This document shows, piece after piece, positions 28,991-37,278 of a stretch of 64,000 nucleotides of DNA. The stretch lies in contig JASGJH010000001.1 of NCBI GenBank assembly GCA_047601445.1, forward strand, positions 6,688,001 to 6,752,000. The letters are read 5' to 3'. The notes beneath the pieces were generated by a model, which worked only from the letters and a program-made list of their open reading frames with translations, was not told the DNA's origin and did not search any database. Position numbers and translations under genes: made by a program. The stretch is from Myxococcales bacterium. GTDB taxonomy: Bacteria > Myxococcota_A > Polyangia > Polyangiales > DASUME01. The number at the start of each line of letters is the position of its first letter. The first letter of the stretch is position 1.

Positions 28991-30208
28991 TCACTCAACT
29001 CCATAGACCACGTACACCTGATCCTCCAAATTCATCGCGACGTCGATCTTCCCATCGTCGTCGTAGTCACCCGCTGTGAGATCTACTGGCGTACTCGGCA
29101 AGCAAACGCTCGCCGTCTGCTTGATGTCAGACGCCCCGTTGGCTCGACCGATCTTCACCCAGTACCTGTCGTCTGAATCGCTTTCTCCGGGGCCAAAGCT
29201 GTAGCTCACGCCGATGAGCTCGAGCTTTCCGTCGTGATTGGCGTCGTCGGCGTAGGTGCCGAGGAAATCGCCAAGGCTGTCGCCTCCAGCGAGCGTAAAG
29301 GTGCGGTCGGCACCGGCCAGGTATATCCAGCCATCGATCAGCACGTCGCTGCGCCCGTCCTGATTTACGTCGACGAGCTGCAGGCTTCCGTCGGAATGGA
29401 CGGCGGAGTCGAGTGGGTAGATTCCCGATTCGGTCCAGCCGTTCTTGTCGCCGTAGGCGATGTACGGTCCGTCGGACGCAGCGCCGTCTTTGCGGCTTCC
29501 GATCATGTCTTCGAAGCCGTCGCCGTCGAGGTCGGCCAGCTCGAGGTCGTCGTACTCGTATTCGAGCCTCTGCGCGCGTTGGCGGACGAATGTGCCGTCG
29601 CGGCTCCCGGCATAGTAGAACAGGCTAGAGCAGGGCGCGTCGCAGTGGGCGTCGTCGTCGATGCGCAGGATGAGATCCGGTAGGTCGTCGCCGTTGTAGT
29701 CAAAGAGCTGGATGCCCTGCACGGATTCGGACTCCACGAGTGTGACGGATTCGAGGAACCCAGCGGGTGACCCCAATGAGATGAGGACCGACTTCTCCTC
29801 GTAGGTGCCGTCGGAGGTCACGAAGTCGAGCGAGCCATCCCGGTTGAAATCTCCAGTTAACGCCCTCCTTCCAAACAACCCACGAGTCGCGGTGGCGCAG
29901 TTCTCATCCCCCGCCGCGCAGCGCGGGGTTCTGACCGCATCGAGTCCGGTGTTGGGCGCTCCCCGGAAGAAATCCCGGCCCACTGCGAGGTCATCCACGC
30001 CGTCCTGTTCAGTGTCGTCCGTGTACATCGCCTCGAAGGTGGCGAGTTCTGGCAGCCACTGTTCTCTCAATCCGAGCTCTGCAGGTGGTTGGCATGGCGG
30101 CGGCTCACTGACGCCCGCGTCCGCCGAGAGAGCTTGAGAAGGGGCATCACCCCCGCAAGCAAGAACACAGCTCAGACAACAACCCGCGATAGTCTTCCCG
30201 ATGTGCAT
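28991..30208 (-). CDS. FG-GAP/VCBS repeat lipoprotein
   Basis: VLAC lipobox; GDFNRDGSLDF, DYNGDDLPDL, DLDGDGFEDM, GDYDDDGKIDV. The ORF-track extension to 30532 runs into the IS. Confidence 0.85.
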   Translation of the reverse strand: MHIGKTIAGCCLSCVLACGGDAPSQALSADAGVSEPPPCQPPAELGLREQWLPELATFEAMYTDDTEQDGVDDLAVGRDFFRGAPNTGLDAVRTPRCAAGDENCATATRGLFGRRALTGDFNRDGSLDFVTSDGTYEEKSVLISLGSPAGFLESVTLVESESVQGIQLFDYNGDDLPDLILRIDDDAHCDAPCSSLFYYAGSRDGTFVRQRAQRLEYEYDDLELADLDGDGFEDMIGSRKDGAASDGPYIAYGDKNGWTESGIYPLDSAVHSDGSLQLVDVNQDGRSDVLIDGWIYLAGADRTFTLAGGDSLGDFLGTYADDANHDGKLELIGVSYSFGPGESDSDDRYWVKIGRANGASDIKQTASVCLPSTPVDLTAGDYDDDGKIDVAMNLEDQVYVVYGVE

Positions 30209-30442
30209 CGTGCCTCCGGCTGCTCTATCGGCAGGTGCGACCACAGGTTGCGTGTTTTTTTTTAGATCGTGCAACCTAGTAGGGGGGCACCTTCGGGGTG
30301 AGTTTGAGAAGGGGGCTTCATCGGACACCGTCGACGAGCGCACGCAAAAAATGTGTTTGGGTTGATGGATGGAAGGGGCGAGGAATTGGTTGAGCTCGCC
30401 TGGTGAAGTTCCCCCGGTTCCGTTGACACGCAGGAGAGACCC

Positions 30443-30781
30443 ATGCGTGTTCAGAAGCAGCAGCGCTACACAGATGAGTTCAAGGCAGAGACGATCGCGC
30501 TGATGAAGCGAGACGACCGGACTTTCGCGCAATTGGCCGCGGATTTGGGGATAAACAAGTGGACCCTGCGGGAGTGGTACAACAGGGACCAGATGGCCAA
30601 GAAGAGCAAGCGAAAGCCGGGAGCACCTGTAGCTCCGGCTCCCTCTCAGGAGACGGCAGAGGAGAAGGCTGCGCGGCTGGAGCGTGAGAACGAGCGGCTG
30701 CGCAAGAAGGTCGAAACCCTCGAGATGGACCGCGAAATCCTAAAAAAAGCGGCAGCCTTCTTCGCGAAGGAAAGCGAATGA
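30443..30781 (+). CDS. IS3 transposase OrfA
   Basis: RYTDEFK...HTH...LEMDREILKKAAAFF; A7G slippery site at 30742-30749 whose -1 frame is open into OrfB. Confidence 0.95.
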   Translation: MRVQKQQRYTDEFKAETIALMKRDDRTFAQLAADLGINKWTLREWYNRDQMAKKSKRKPGAPVAPAPSQETAEEKAARLERENERLRKKVETLEMDREILKKAAAFFAKESE

Positions 30782-31653
30782 GGTTCGCCTTCATCCACGC
30801 GGAGAAGGCGAACTTCCCGGTGTCAGCGCTGTGCCGGAACCTGCAGGTGACCCGGCAGGGGTACTACGCGTTCGCGAGTCGCCCGCCGAGTCCCCGTGCG
30901 GACCAGGACCGGGCCCTCTTGGAACGGGTCGGCCAGGTGCACGCGGAGAGCCGCAACGCCTACGGAAGTCCGCGAGTTCGAAAGGAACTCCGACGTCGTG
31001 GCATTCGGGTCGGCAAACGCCGGGTGGAGCGCGCCATGCGGAGCTTGGGGCTCTGCGCCCGGCCTCGTCGCCGGTTCCGTGTGACCACCGCTGCAAATCC
31101 GCGGCATCCAGTCGAGCCTAACGTGCTCAACCGCGAGTTCCGCGCCGAACGTCCCAATCAGCGCTGGGTGACGGACATCTCGTACGTCTGGACCGACGAG
31201 GGCTGGTGCTACCTCGCTGTCATCATCGACCTGTTTTCCAGGACCGTCGTGGGCTGGGCGCTGGACGCCATGCTCTCGACCCAGCTGCCCCTCGCAGCGC
31301 TGGACATGGCGCTTCGGCGCCGTCGTCCCGACGCAGCAGGCCTGCTCCACCATTCTGACCGGGGCTGCCAGTACACGAGTCAGGAATACCGCTCTGAGCT
31401 CGCCCAGCGTGGGCTCTCGGTCAGCATGAGCCGCAAAGGCAACTGCTGGGATAACGCGGTCGCCGAGAGCTTCTTTTCAACCATCAAGGCCGAGCTAATT
31501 CATGGTCGACGTTGGGCCGGGCGCCTTGAGCTTCGGTCGGCGGTCTTCGAGTACATCGAGGTCTTCTACAATCGGCGGAGGCTTCATTCGTCACTGGGGT
31601 ATCGAACCCCAGCCGAGTTCGAGAAGGACTACACTGCGGCTCAGGCCGCCTAA
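30778..31653 (+). CDS. IS3 transposase OrfB (DDE)
   Basis: WVTDISY, HHSDRGCQY, GNCWDNAVAESFF; ATGA overlap with orfA. Confidence 0.97.
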   Translation: MRFAFIHAEKANFPVSALCRNLQVTRQGYYAFASRPPSPRADQDRALLERVGQVHAESRNAYGSPRVRKELRRRGIRVGKRRVERAMRSLGLCARPRRRFRVTTAANPRHPVEPNVLNREFRAERPNQRWVTDISYVWTDEGWCYLAVIIDLFSRTVVGWALDAMLSTQLPLAALDMALRRRRPDAAGLLHHSDRGCQYTSQEYRSELAQRGLSVSMSRKGNCWDNAVAESFFSTIKAELIHGRRWAGRLELRSAVFEYIEVFYNRRRLHSSLGYRTPAEFEKDYTAAQAA

Positions 31654-32175
31654 GCAGGTGTCAACGGATTCGAGGGAAGCTCACTGGCGCAGCACCGGAA
31701 CAGATGCCTTGACCTCCTTCGACGTCTATCTGGACTACAGCGCCATCGTGCCCGCCGGTACTCCGTGCGCCTCGGCGCTGCTCCACGCAGGAGAGCCGGT
31801 TCCTGCGTCCGCCGAAGCGCTCCACCGAATCACGACCAAGGCCAGCACCCAGAGCCTGGGTGTGCAGGATATCGGCATCCGCGAGGGAGAGAAGATCCCG
31901 GTCACGGTGGTCACCCGCGATGTCGCGGGCAACCCGAGCGTGGCATCCGAGGTGGTGTGCGTGGAGCGTCTAGCCGCCACGGGCAAGGGCAAATCGAAGC
32001 GCGAGGATTCCTTCGACGACTGCGTGGTGCACCCAGGTCGCCCGGAAGGCGCATTGGGTGTGTGGGCGCTCGCGTTCGTGCTGTTCGCGTCGTGGCGAGG
32101 CTGGCGTCGGTTGGGGTTGCGGAAGAGCTCCTGAGCCCGAGGTCAGGGCTCCCGATGTCGATTACACGGCCGACG

Positions 32176-32823
32176 TCACCGCGCCGATCGCCGCATCACC
32201 ACGCCCATGATCAAATCGCCCAACACCTCCGAGGCGACCGGGACATACGCCGCTGGCAAGGCCTTGAGCTCGGCTACGTAGCGCGCTGGCAATCCTTGCT
32301 CGGTGGCGCCTTCGACGAGCAGATCCACATAGCGTCTGGATGGAGTTGCGGGCGTTCCGCGCGACAAGCGCAGCAGGGTTTGCGCCTGCACGGGCTCGCC
32401 GCCCGCGGTCTGCACGGGCACGTTGACCCAGACGTACTCGGGGCCTTCGGACTCCTTGACCCGATTGAGATCCTCCGTGGACACGCGATGCAACACGCCG
32501 TGCGCTTGCTTGCCTTGGGCTTTCACCAGATAGGCGAAGGCCGGCTCGAGGAGGTTGATGCCTGGTCCCAGATAGACGACCTCGTGGTCTGCGAGGACGC
32601 CCGCTTCGCTCGCCGCCGGCAAGACGCCGCGCACGTTGTACAGGTAGCGGCTCGACATGTTGCTGCCGTAGGCGAAGTACCAAACCTCGGCCGCCGCCAG
32701 CTGCGCCGGGCGATCACCCGGTACGGGCAGGTGCACGAGATGTTGGATGCGAAGGTGCAAAGCTAGTAACGCTACGACCAGTAGCGCGAACACGACTGCC
32801 GCCGTCCTGCGTAAGAGCTTCAT
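32176..32823 (-). CDS. Gamma-glutamylcyclotransferase-like protein with N-terminal membrane anchor
   Basis: YFAYGSNM, HGVLHRV...ESEG, PSRRYVDLLVEGATEQGLP. Confidence 0.85.
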   Translation of the reverse strand: MKLLRRTAAVVFALLVVALLALHLRIQHLVHLPVPGDRPAQLAAAEVWYFAYGSNMSSRYLYNVRGVLPAASEAGVLADHEVVYLGPGINLLEPAFAYLVKAQGKQAHGVLHRVSTEDLNRVKESEGPEYVWVNVPVQTAGGEPVQAQTLLRLSRGTPATPSRRYVDLLVEGATEQGLPARYVAELKALPAAYVPVASEVLGDLIMGVVMRRSAR

Positions 32824-32877
32824 GGCGTATCGTACGGTACGAGAACGCGAACCTTCGCTCAATCCCCCTCAGCCACC

Positions 32878-34167
32878 ATGCGCGTGGGGGGCCCCTGGCC
32901 GCACCCCCTCTGCCTGACTACCATGGGCACCGCGATGCCCAGCATGTCCATGGAGACCGAGGACGGAACCAGTTACGCCGTGACGGGTGGCGACAGAGTT
33001 GCGGACACGATCCGGCAGCTCGATGCGGACGCCAATAGCTTCGCCATTCTCAGCCGGGGCGACGCGGAGTACCTGCAAGCTGCGCGGTACCCCGACGGGT
33101 CCTGGAGCTTGGAATACCGCGACGGTTCGGCACAAGCGCACTTCGCGGCCATCGATCGCGACCTGGGCGTCGAACGCATCGCCGAGGCGTTCTCTGCGTA
33201 CGCGACGCAGGGCGACTTCAAGGCTCGCTTCGCCTGGCAGGTCTTTTCCGCGGACTTCTTTGATGAAGAACCCCGTCGTGCGCCACTCACCGAGGCCGAG
33301 CAGACGCAGGCCCGCATGCTCACCGCGCTGTATGGGCTCGAGTTCCCCAACAGTCTGCTGCAGTTCCACGCCTTCATCAGCGGACCCGATCGCGAGCTCT
33401 GGGAGGAGGCGCGTAGTGCGCTGGGCCTTTCGGTCACGGGCCCCTTGGATGTGTTGAAGCGCGTCGAGGATGGCGACGAAGTGAAACCTCTGGCGGACAT
33501 CCTGCTGCACTGGCGATTCTACCGCGACCCGCCCGAGTTCTTTTCCACGCTACACGGCGATGTGGACGGACTGCACTGGGGGCTGCTGCTCGACTGCCCC
33601 GAGCAGGGCTTCCGCGGCGCCGCTTCCTACTACAACAACGACGGCGATCTCATCCGGATCTACGGAGGCCTCTTCGATGCCGTCTTCCAGCGCGCAGGCG
33701 ATATCGTCTCCGAGCTGGATGAGCGCATCGAGGATGACCCGCAGGAGGAGGACTACTACCGAGCGGGCGCCAAGAAGATTGTGGCGTTCACACGGGCGCT
33801 GCGTGCCTTCGTGGTGGAGCGACGGATCCCGCTCTGGGAATCGAGCGCGCGGCGGGTGACCTCGGTGACCGGGCTGGGCGCGGTTCTGCCGGCTGACGCA
33901 AAGTCCGTGGTGTCAGAGGCGGGCGACTCGACGGCTGCGCGCGTGGAGGCTCTCTTGAAGGCCTGCAAACAAGGGCGTCCGGGTGGGGCTCTGCTGCTGG
34001 GCCGAGAACTATGGCATTTTGGCGGCGATACGCGGAGCGAGGACGCTTATCAGCTGTTGCGGGCGGCCTATGCGGCGTTGGGGCGCGATGTCCTTATCCG
34101 TGTGCTCGATGCGCACTACCAGGGACGGGATCGGAAGAGTGTAGACCTCTTGGGCAAGGGGGCGTGA
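32878..34167 (+). CDS. HPF1/DUF2228-like ADP-ribosylation-associated protein with an extra N-terminal domain (start may be 32923 or 32935)
   Basis: LGLSVTGPLDVL...LHWRFYRDPPEFFS...LHWG..LD.P and C-terminal LLLGRELWHFG...LLRAAYAALGR...LDAH match recalled HPF1 motifs. Confidence 0.8.
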   Translation: MRVGGPWPHPLCLTTMGTAMPSMSMETEDGTSYAVTGGDRVADTIRQLDADANSFAILSRGDAEYLQAARYPDGSWSLEYRDGSAQAHFAAIDRDLGVERIAEAFSAYATQGDFKARFAWQVFSADFFDEEPRRAPLTEAEQTQARMLTALYGLEFPNSLLQFHAFISGPDRELWEEARSALGLSVTGPLDVLKRVEDGDEVKPLADILLHWRFYRDPPEFFSTLHGDVDGLHWGLLLDCPEQGFRGAASYYNNDGDLIRIYGGLFDAVFQRAGDIVSELDERIEDDPQEEDYYRAGAKKIVAFTRALRAFVVERRIPLWESSARRVTSVTGLGAVLPADAKSVVSEAGDSTAARVEALLKACKQGRPGGALLLGRELWHFGGDTRSEDAYQLLRAAYAALGRDVLIRVLDAHYQGRDRKSVDLLGKGA

Positions 34168-34200
34168 CGGGGAACGACTCGCGCGGTACCCTCCGAATCC

Positions 34201-34737
34201 ATGAGTACCCTCCTCCCGCGAGCACTACCTCACCTGGCGCTCGGTGCCGTCGCTCTCGTGGCGGCGTGTGGCGGAGATGACGACGCGCCCAAAGCCATCG
34301 TCGACCTTCAGCTGCAAGGGGTCATCGAGCAACCTGGAGCCCGCAGTGACCACGTCGTCACGATCAGCTTCCATCGTCAGGGCGTGATGGCGAAGCGCTC
34401 CTTCTCTTTCTGGATCGAGCTGCTCGCCGAGCTGCCGGAGCCCATCGAGTTCGCGAGTGTGGGAGCGCTGGCCTCCGAGTCGGCGCGCGACCAGTTCTCG
34501 CCCGGAGACTCCGAGCGGGAGAACGTCATGGGCGGCCGACTCGAGCTGGCAGCGTGCCCGGGAGGGACGGAGTGCACCAGCGTGTTCTCGAGCGTCGTGA
34601 CGTCGAGCGCTCCCGTGCCCGCACGGGTTCCGCTGGACTTGCTGGGTAGCGCCAATATCGCGGGCGAACTGGACTGGGAAAAGTTCCAGGTCGAGCTCGT
34701 GACCGCGCCTACTTCGCCGGAGGCGCCTTCGCCGTAG
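34201..34737 (+). CDS. Hypothetical lipoprotein
   Basis: LVAACGGDDD lipobox. Confidence 0.7.
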   Translation: MSTLLPRALPHLALGAVALVAACGGDDDAPKAIVDLQLQGVIEQPGARSDHVVTISFHRQGVMAKRSFSFWIELLAELPEPIEFASVGALASESARDQFSPGDSERENVMGGRLELAACPGGTECTSVFSSVVTSSAPVPARVPLDLLGSANIAGELDWEKFQVELVTAPTSPEAPSP

Positions 34738-34852
34738 ACGGCGGCGCAGCCGGATCGAAGTTCGGATCGCCCGCCGGCGTCTTGGACCCATTCGCCGGCA
34801 GCTCGGATCTTCGCGGTGGGCAAGTCTATCGCTCACCCCAGGCACACGTCGG

Positions 34853-37048
34853 CTAGCGCATGGTGCGTAGGCGTCCGTGAGAAGAGGCTGCGACCGCACG
34901 AAGGCGGTAGTCTTCACACGGCAAACCGAGACCGCGGCCGAGGTTATCAGCGGCAGCTCGCAACGTGGCCGCGGCTTGTAGTTCTCCATGTGCCTCGAGC
35001 CAGTGGGCGAAGGCACGACGGACCCGAACCACAGTCGGCAGCGCGCCGATGGCGAGCGTCTGCTCGAGCGCCTGCTCGAAGCACTTCCGAGTGACTTCGG
35101 CGCGGTCGCAGGCGGAGGCGCACAGCGCGAGATAGAGCGCCACGGGACCGAGGTAGACGCCCGCGGCGTACAGCGCGAGATGCTGTCCCTCGAATGGCAA
35201 GAGCCGCTCGAATACTTCGTGGGCAACGTGTTGCTCGCCCAGGGTCGCGCTGACCTCTCCAGCAACGGCCAGGTAGGCACGCTGCGGGCCGCCGCTGGCA
35301 AGCACTGGAAAGCCCGCTTGGGCAAAGTGACGAAGGACTCGTCTCGCGTCTTCGCCGCGCCCCTGGCGTGACCATACGAGGCTCCAGAACAAGCGATAGT
35401 CCGGAGGGACCTGCTCCAGCTCGCGCTCGGCCATGTCAGGGTAGCCCACGCCTTGGTGGGCGAAATACAGCAGCCGGCGGACCTCATCGTGGAGTTGTGC
35501 CGCTGGGTCGACATGGCCCCCCAACGCGGCCGCTTGTTTGGAGAGCTCGAGCGCATGCTCGACCCGGCCCGCCATGGCGTTGTCTGCGGCTTCGGCCGCA
35601 CGGCCCAGGTAGCGGTGTACAACACTCGGCGCACTTGCGTGGAGGGCCAGGTACTCCGCACGGTCACGCATGGCCAGCGGAAGATCGCCAAGCTCAACGG
35701 CATGGGCGGTACGCGAAAGCAGCGCATCGAGGAGGGATTCGCGATCTCCCGTGGCCCGGCTTTCGACCACCAACTCGTCCATCACGGCGTGAAGCTCGCG
35801 AGGATGGGCGAATTCCAACAACACCAGGTGACGAAGCCGCAAGACGGCTTTGATGCAAGACGCGTCACCGGTACGCCGCGCGCGTTCCAAGGCCGCCGCG
35901 GTCGCGAGAGCCCGGTCGTTCGGGTGGCTGTCCTGGTTCGCGAGTGCCGATGCCGCTTGAGTGAGTGCGACGACGGTCTCGTCGTCTTGCGGTAGCGCGC
36001 GAAGTTCCGCGCACAGGCGACGCTGGGTCGCGTGCTGAAACAGCGGCACGCGGTCCGCGATGAACGTGTTCATGATGGCGCGTGCGGCACGCCTAGCGTC
36101 CGATTGCCACCTCGCCACCTGGAGTGCGCGCTCGAAGCGCGCAACTGCGGTCGTCAGCTCGCCTGCCCAATACCAAGCATGTGCGGCGCACTCCAGGAGC
36201 TCGTACTGTTGCGCTGGATCAGCAGCGTCCACTTCGGAAATCTCGACCGCTCGATCCCACATGCGCGCGGCATCCTCATGGGATTGCGCTGTGGACGCAG
36301 CGTCGGCGGCGCGACGCAGGGATGAGACTGCCCGTTGCCGAGCGGAAGACGAACCCGACTTTGCATAGTGATCCGCGAGCTCCTGGACTGCACGACCATC
36401 GAACCGGCGTCGCTCGAGAAGCTCGCCAGCTCGTTGATGCCACCCGGCACGACGGGCACTCGGAATGGAAGCGTAGAGGGTGGCGCGCAAGTTTTCGTCG
36501 ACGAACTCGAAGTGGCCAACGCGTGACGACTCCTCGATCAACCCTTCTTGAAGCGCGCACTCGAGCTCGCTGAGGACGATGTCTTCGGAGCACTCCAGGA
36601 GCCCCGCCAGGAGAGGTGTCGAAAATCGCCGACCGAGTAGGGCCGCGGGCAGGAGGACTGCGCGGGAGTCCCTTCCACTTGCGGGAACCTTGGGGAAGTC
36701 CTCGGGCAGCGGAGGCGGGACCTCGGCGGGCTTGGGCGCCACGCCTGGACGAATGAGTGGGGCCGTGAACCGAAACCCGCGCTGGCGCACCGTGACGATC
36801 AGGGTCTGCTCATCGTCCTCGAGTGCCTTGCGAGCCAGCATCACAGCCTGCGCGATGGCTGCGTCGCTGACCACGCAGCCATCCCAGACGCGATCGATGA
36901 GGACGTGCTTCGAAACGACCTTGTCGTGCAGGCCAATGAGCGCAGAAATCAACCTGAGCGGAAGCGTTTGGACCGGCACGACCGCATCGCCCCGACGCAG
37001 CTCGAGTAATTCGTCGTCAAGGGAGAACTCACCGAAACGATGGATCAT
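34853..37048 (-). CDS. Transcriptional regulator: OmpR/CadC-type winged helix plus helical/TPR region
   Basis: HRFGEFSLD...VVSKHVLIDRVW...IVTVRQRGFRF, then AALLGRRF...ELADHY and TPR-like helices. Confidence 0.85.
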   Translation of the reverse strand: MIHRFGEFSLDDELLELRRGDAVVPVQTLPLRLISALIGLHDKVVSKHVLIDRVWDGCVVSDAAIAQAVMLARKALEDDEQTLIVTVRQRGFRFTAPLIRPGVAPKPAEVPPPLPEDFPKVPASGRDSRAVLLPAALLGRRFSTPLLAGLLECSEDIVLSELECALQEGLIEESSRVGHFEFVDENLRATLYASIPSARRAGWHQRAGELLERRRFDGRAVQELADHYAKSGSSSARQRAVSSLRRAADAASTAQSHEDAARMWDRAVEISEVDAADPAQQYELLECAAHAWYWAGELTTAVARFERALQVARWQSDARRAARAIMNTFIADRVPLFQHATQRRLCAELRALPQDDETVVALTQAASALANQDSHPNDRALATAAALERARRTGDASCIKAVLRLRHLVLLEFAHPRELHAVMDELVVESRATGDRESLLDALLSRTAHAVELGDLPLAMRDRAEYLALHASAPSVVHRYLGRAAEAADNAMAGRVEHALELSKQAAALGGHVDPAAQLHDEVRRLLYFAHQGVGYPDMAERELEQVPPDYRLFWSLVWSRQGRGEDARRVLRHFAQAGFPVLASGGPQRAYLAVAGEVSATLGEQHVAHEVFERLLPFEGQHLALYAAGVYLGPVALYLALCASACDRAEVTRKCFEQALEQTLAIGALPTVVRVRRAFAHWLEAHGELQAAATLRAAADNLGRGLGLPCEDYRLRAVAASSHGRLRTMR

Positions 37049-37278
37049 GAGAGCTCGGGACGAGGGCCTGCCCGAGCTCTAGCAGGTTCCGCGACGAGTC
37101 CCCCCAGGGGTTAATCCCAAACGGCTACCCCGTGGGGGAAGAGTTCGAGACCTCATGAAGAGCTCAGGTTCGCCTCAAGCATGGGCGTGTGCGGTCGCTA
37201 GACCTCTTCTCATGGAGCGTCGTCAGGAGGCGTGTCCGTACGCCATCGAGTCCTGTCCCCGAAAGGAATGCCACGAAC

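Larger units (their letters stand above)
30404..31683 (+). mobile_element. Complete IS3-family insertion sequence (1280 bp)
   Basis: TG...CA ends; 26-bp imperfect IRs (TGAAGTTCCCCCGGTTCCGTTGACAC versus reverse complement TGAGCTTCCCTCGAATCCGTTGACAC); 4-bp CTGG duplication at 30400-30403 and 31684-31687. Confidence 0.97.
30365..32134 (+). pseudogene. Small surface-protein gene (C-terminal Cys, TM segment and Arg tail) interrupted by IS3
   Basis: Removing the IS and one CTGG fuses MDGRGEELVELAW (30365-30403) in frame to RSTGTDALTSFDVY...DCVVHPGRPEGALGVWALAFVLFASWRGWRR (31688-32134). Confidence 0.7.

Noticed and set aside
30245..30277. AGGTTGC...GCAACCT dyad around a T9 tract as a phase-variable promoter
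   Set aside because: The pattern is real, but no promoter elements could be placed around it, so a function is unsupported.
30209..30532. N-terminal extension of the FG-GAP ORF in the ORF track
   Set aside because: It runs through intergenic DNA into the IS3; the lipoprotein signal starts at 30208.
20258..32200. Prophage or integrative element with att sites
   Set aside because: No integrase, phage genes or second copy of the tRNA 3' end was found by eye.
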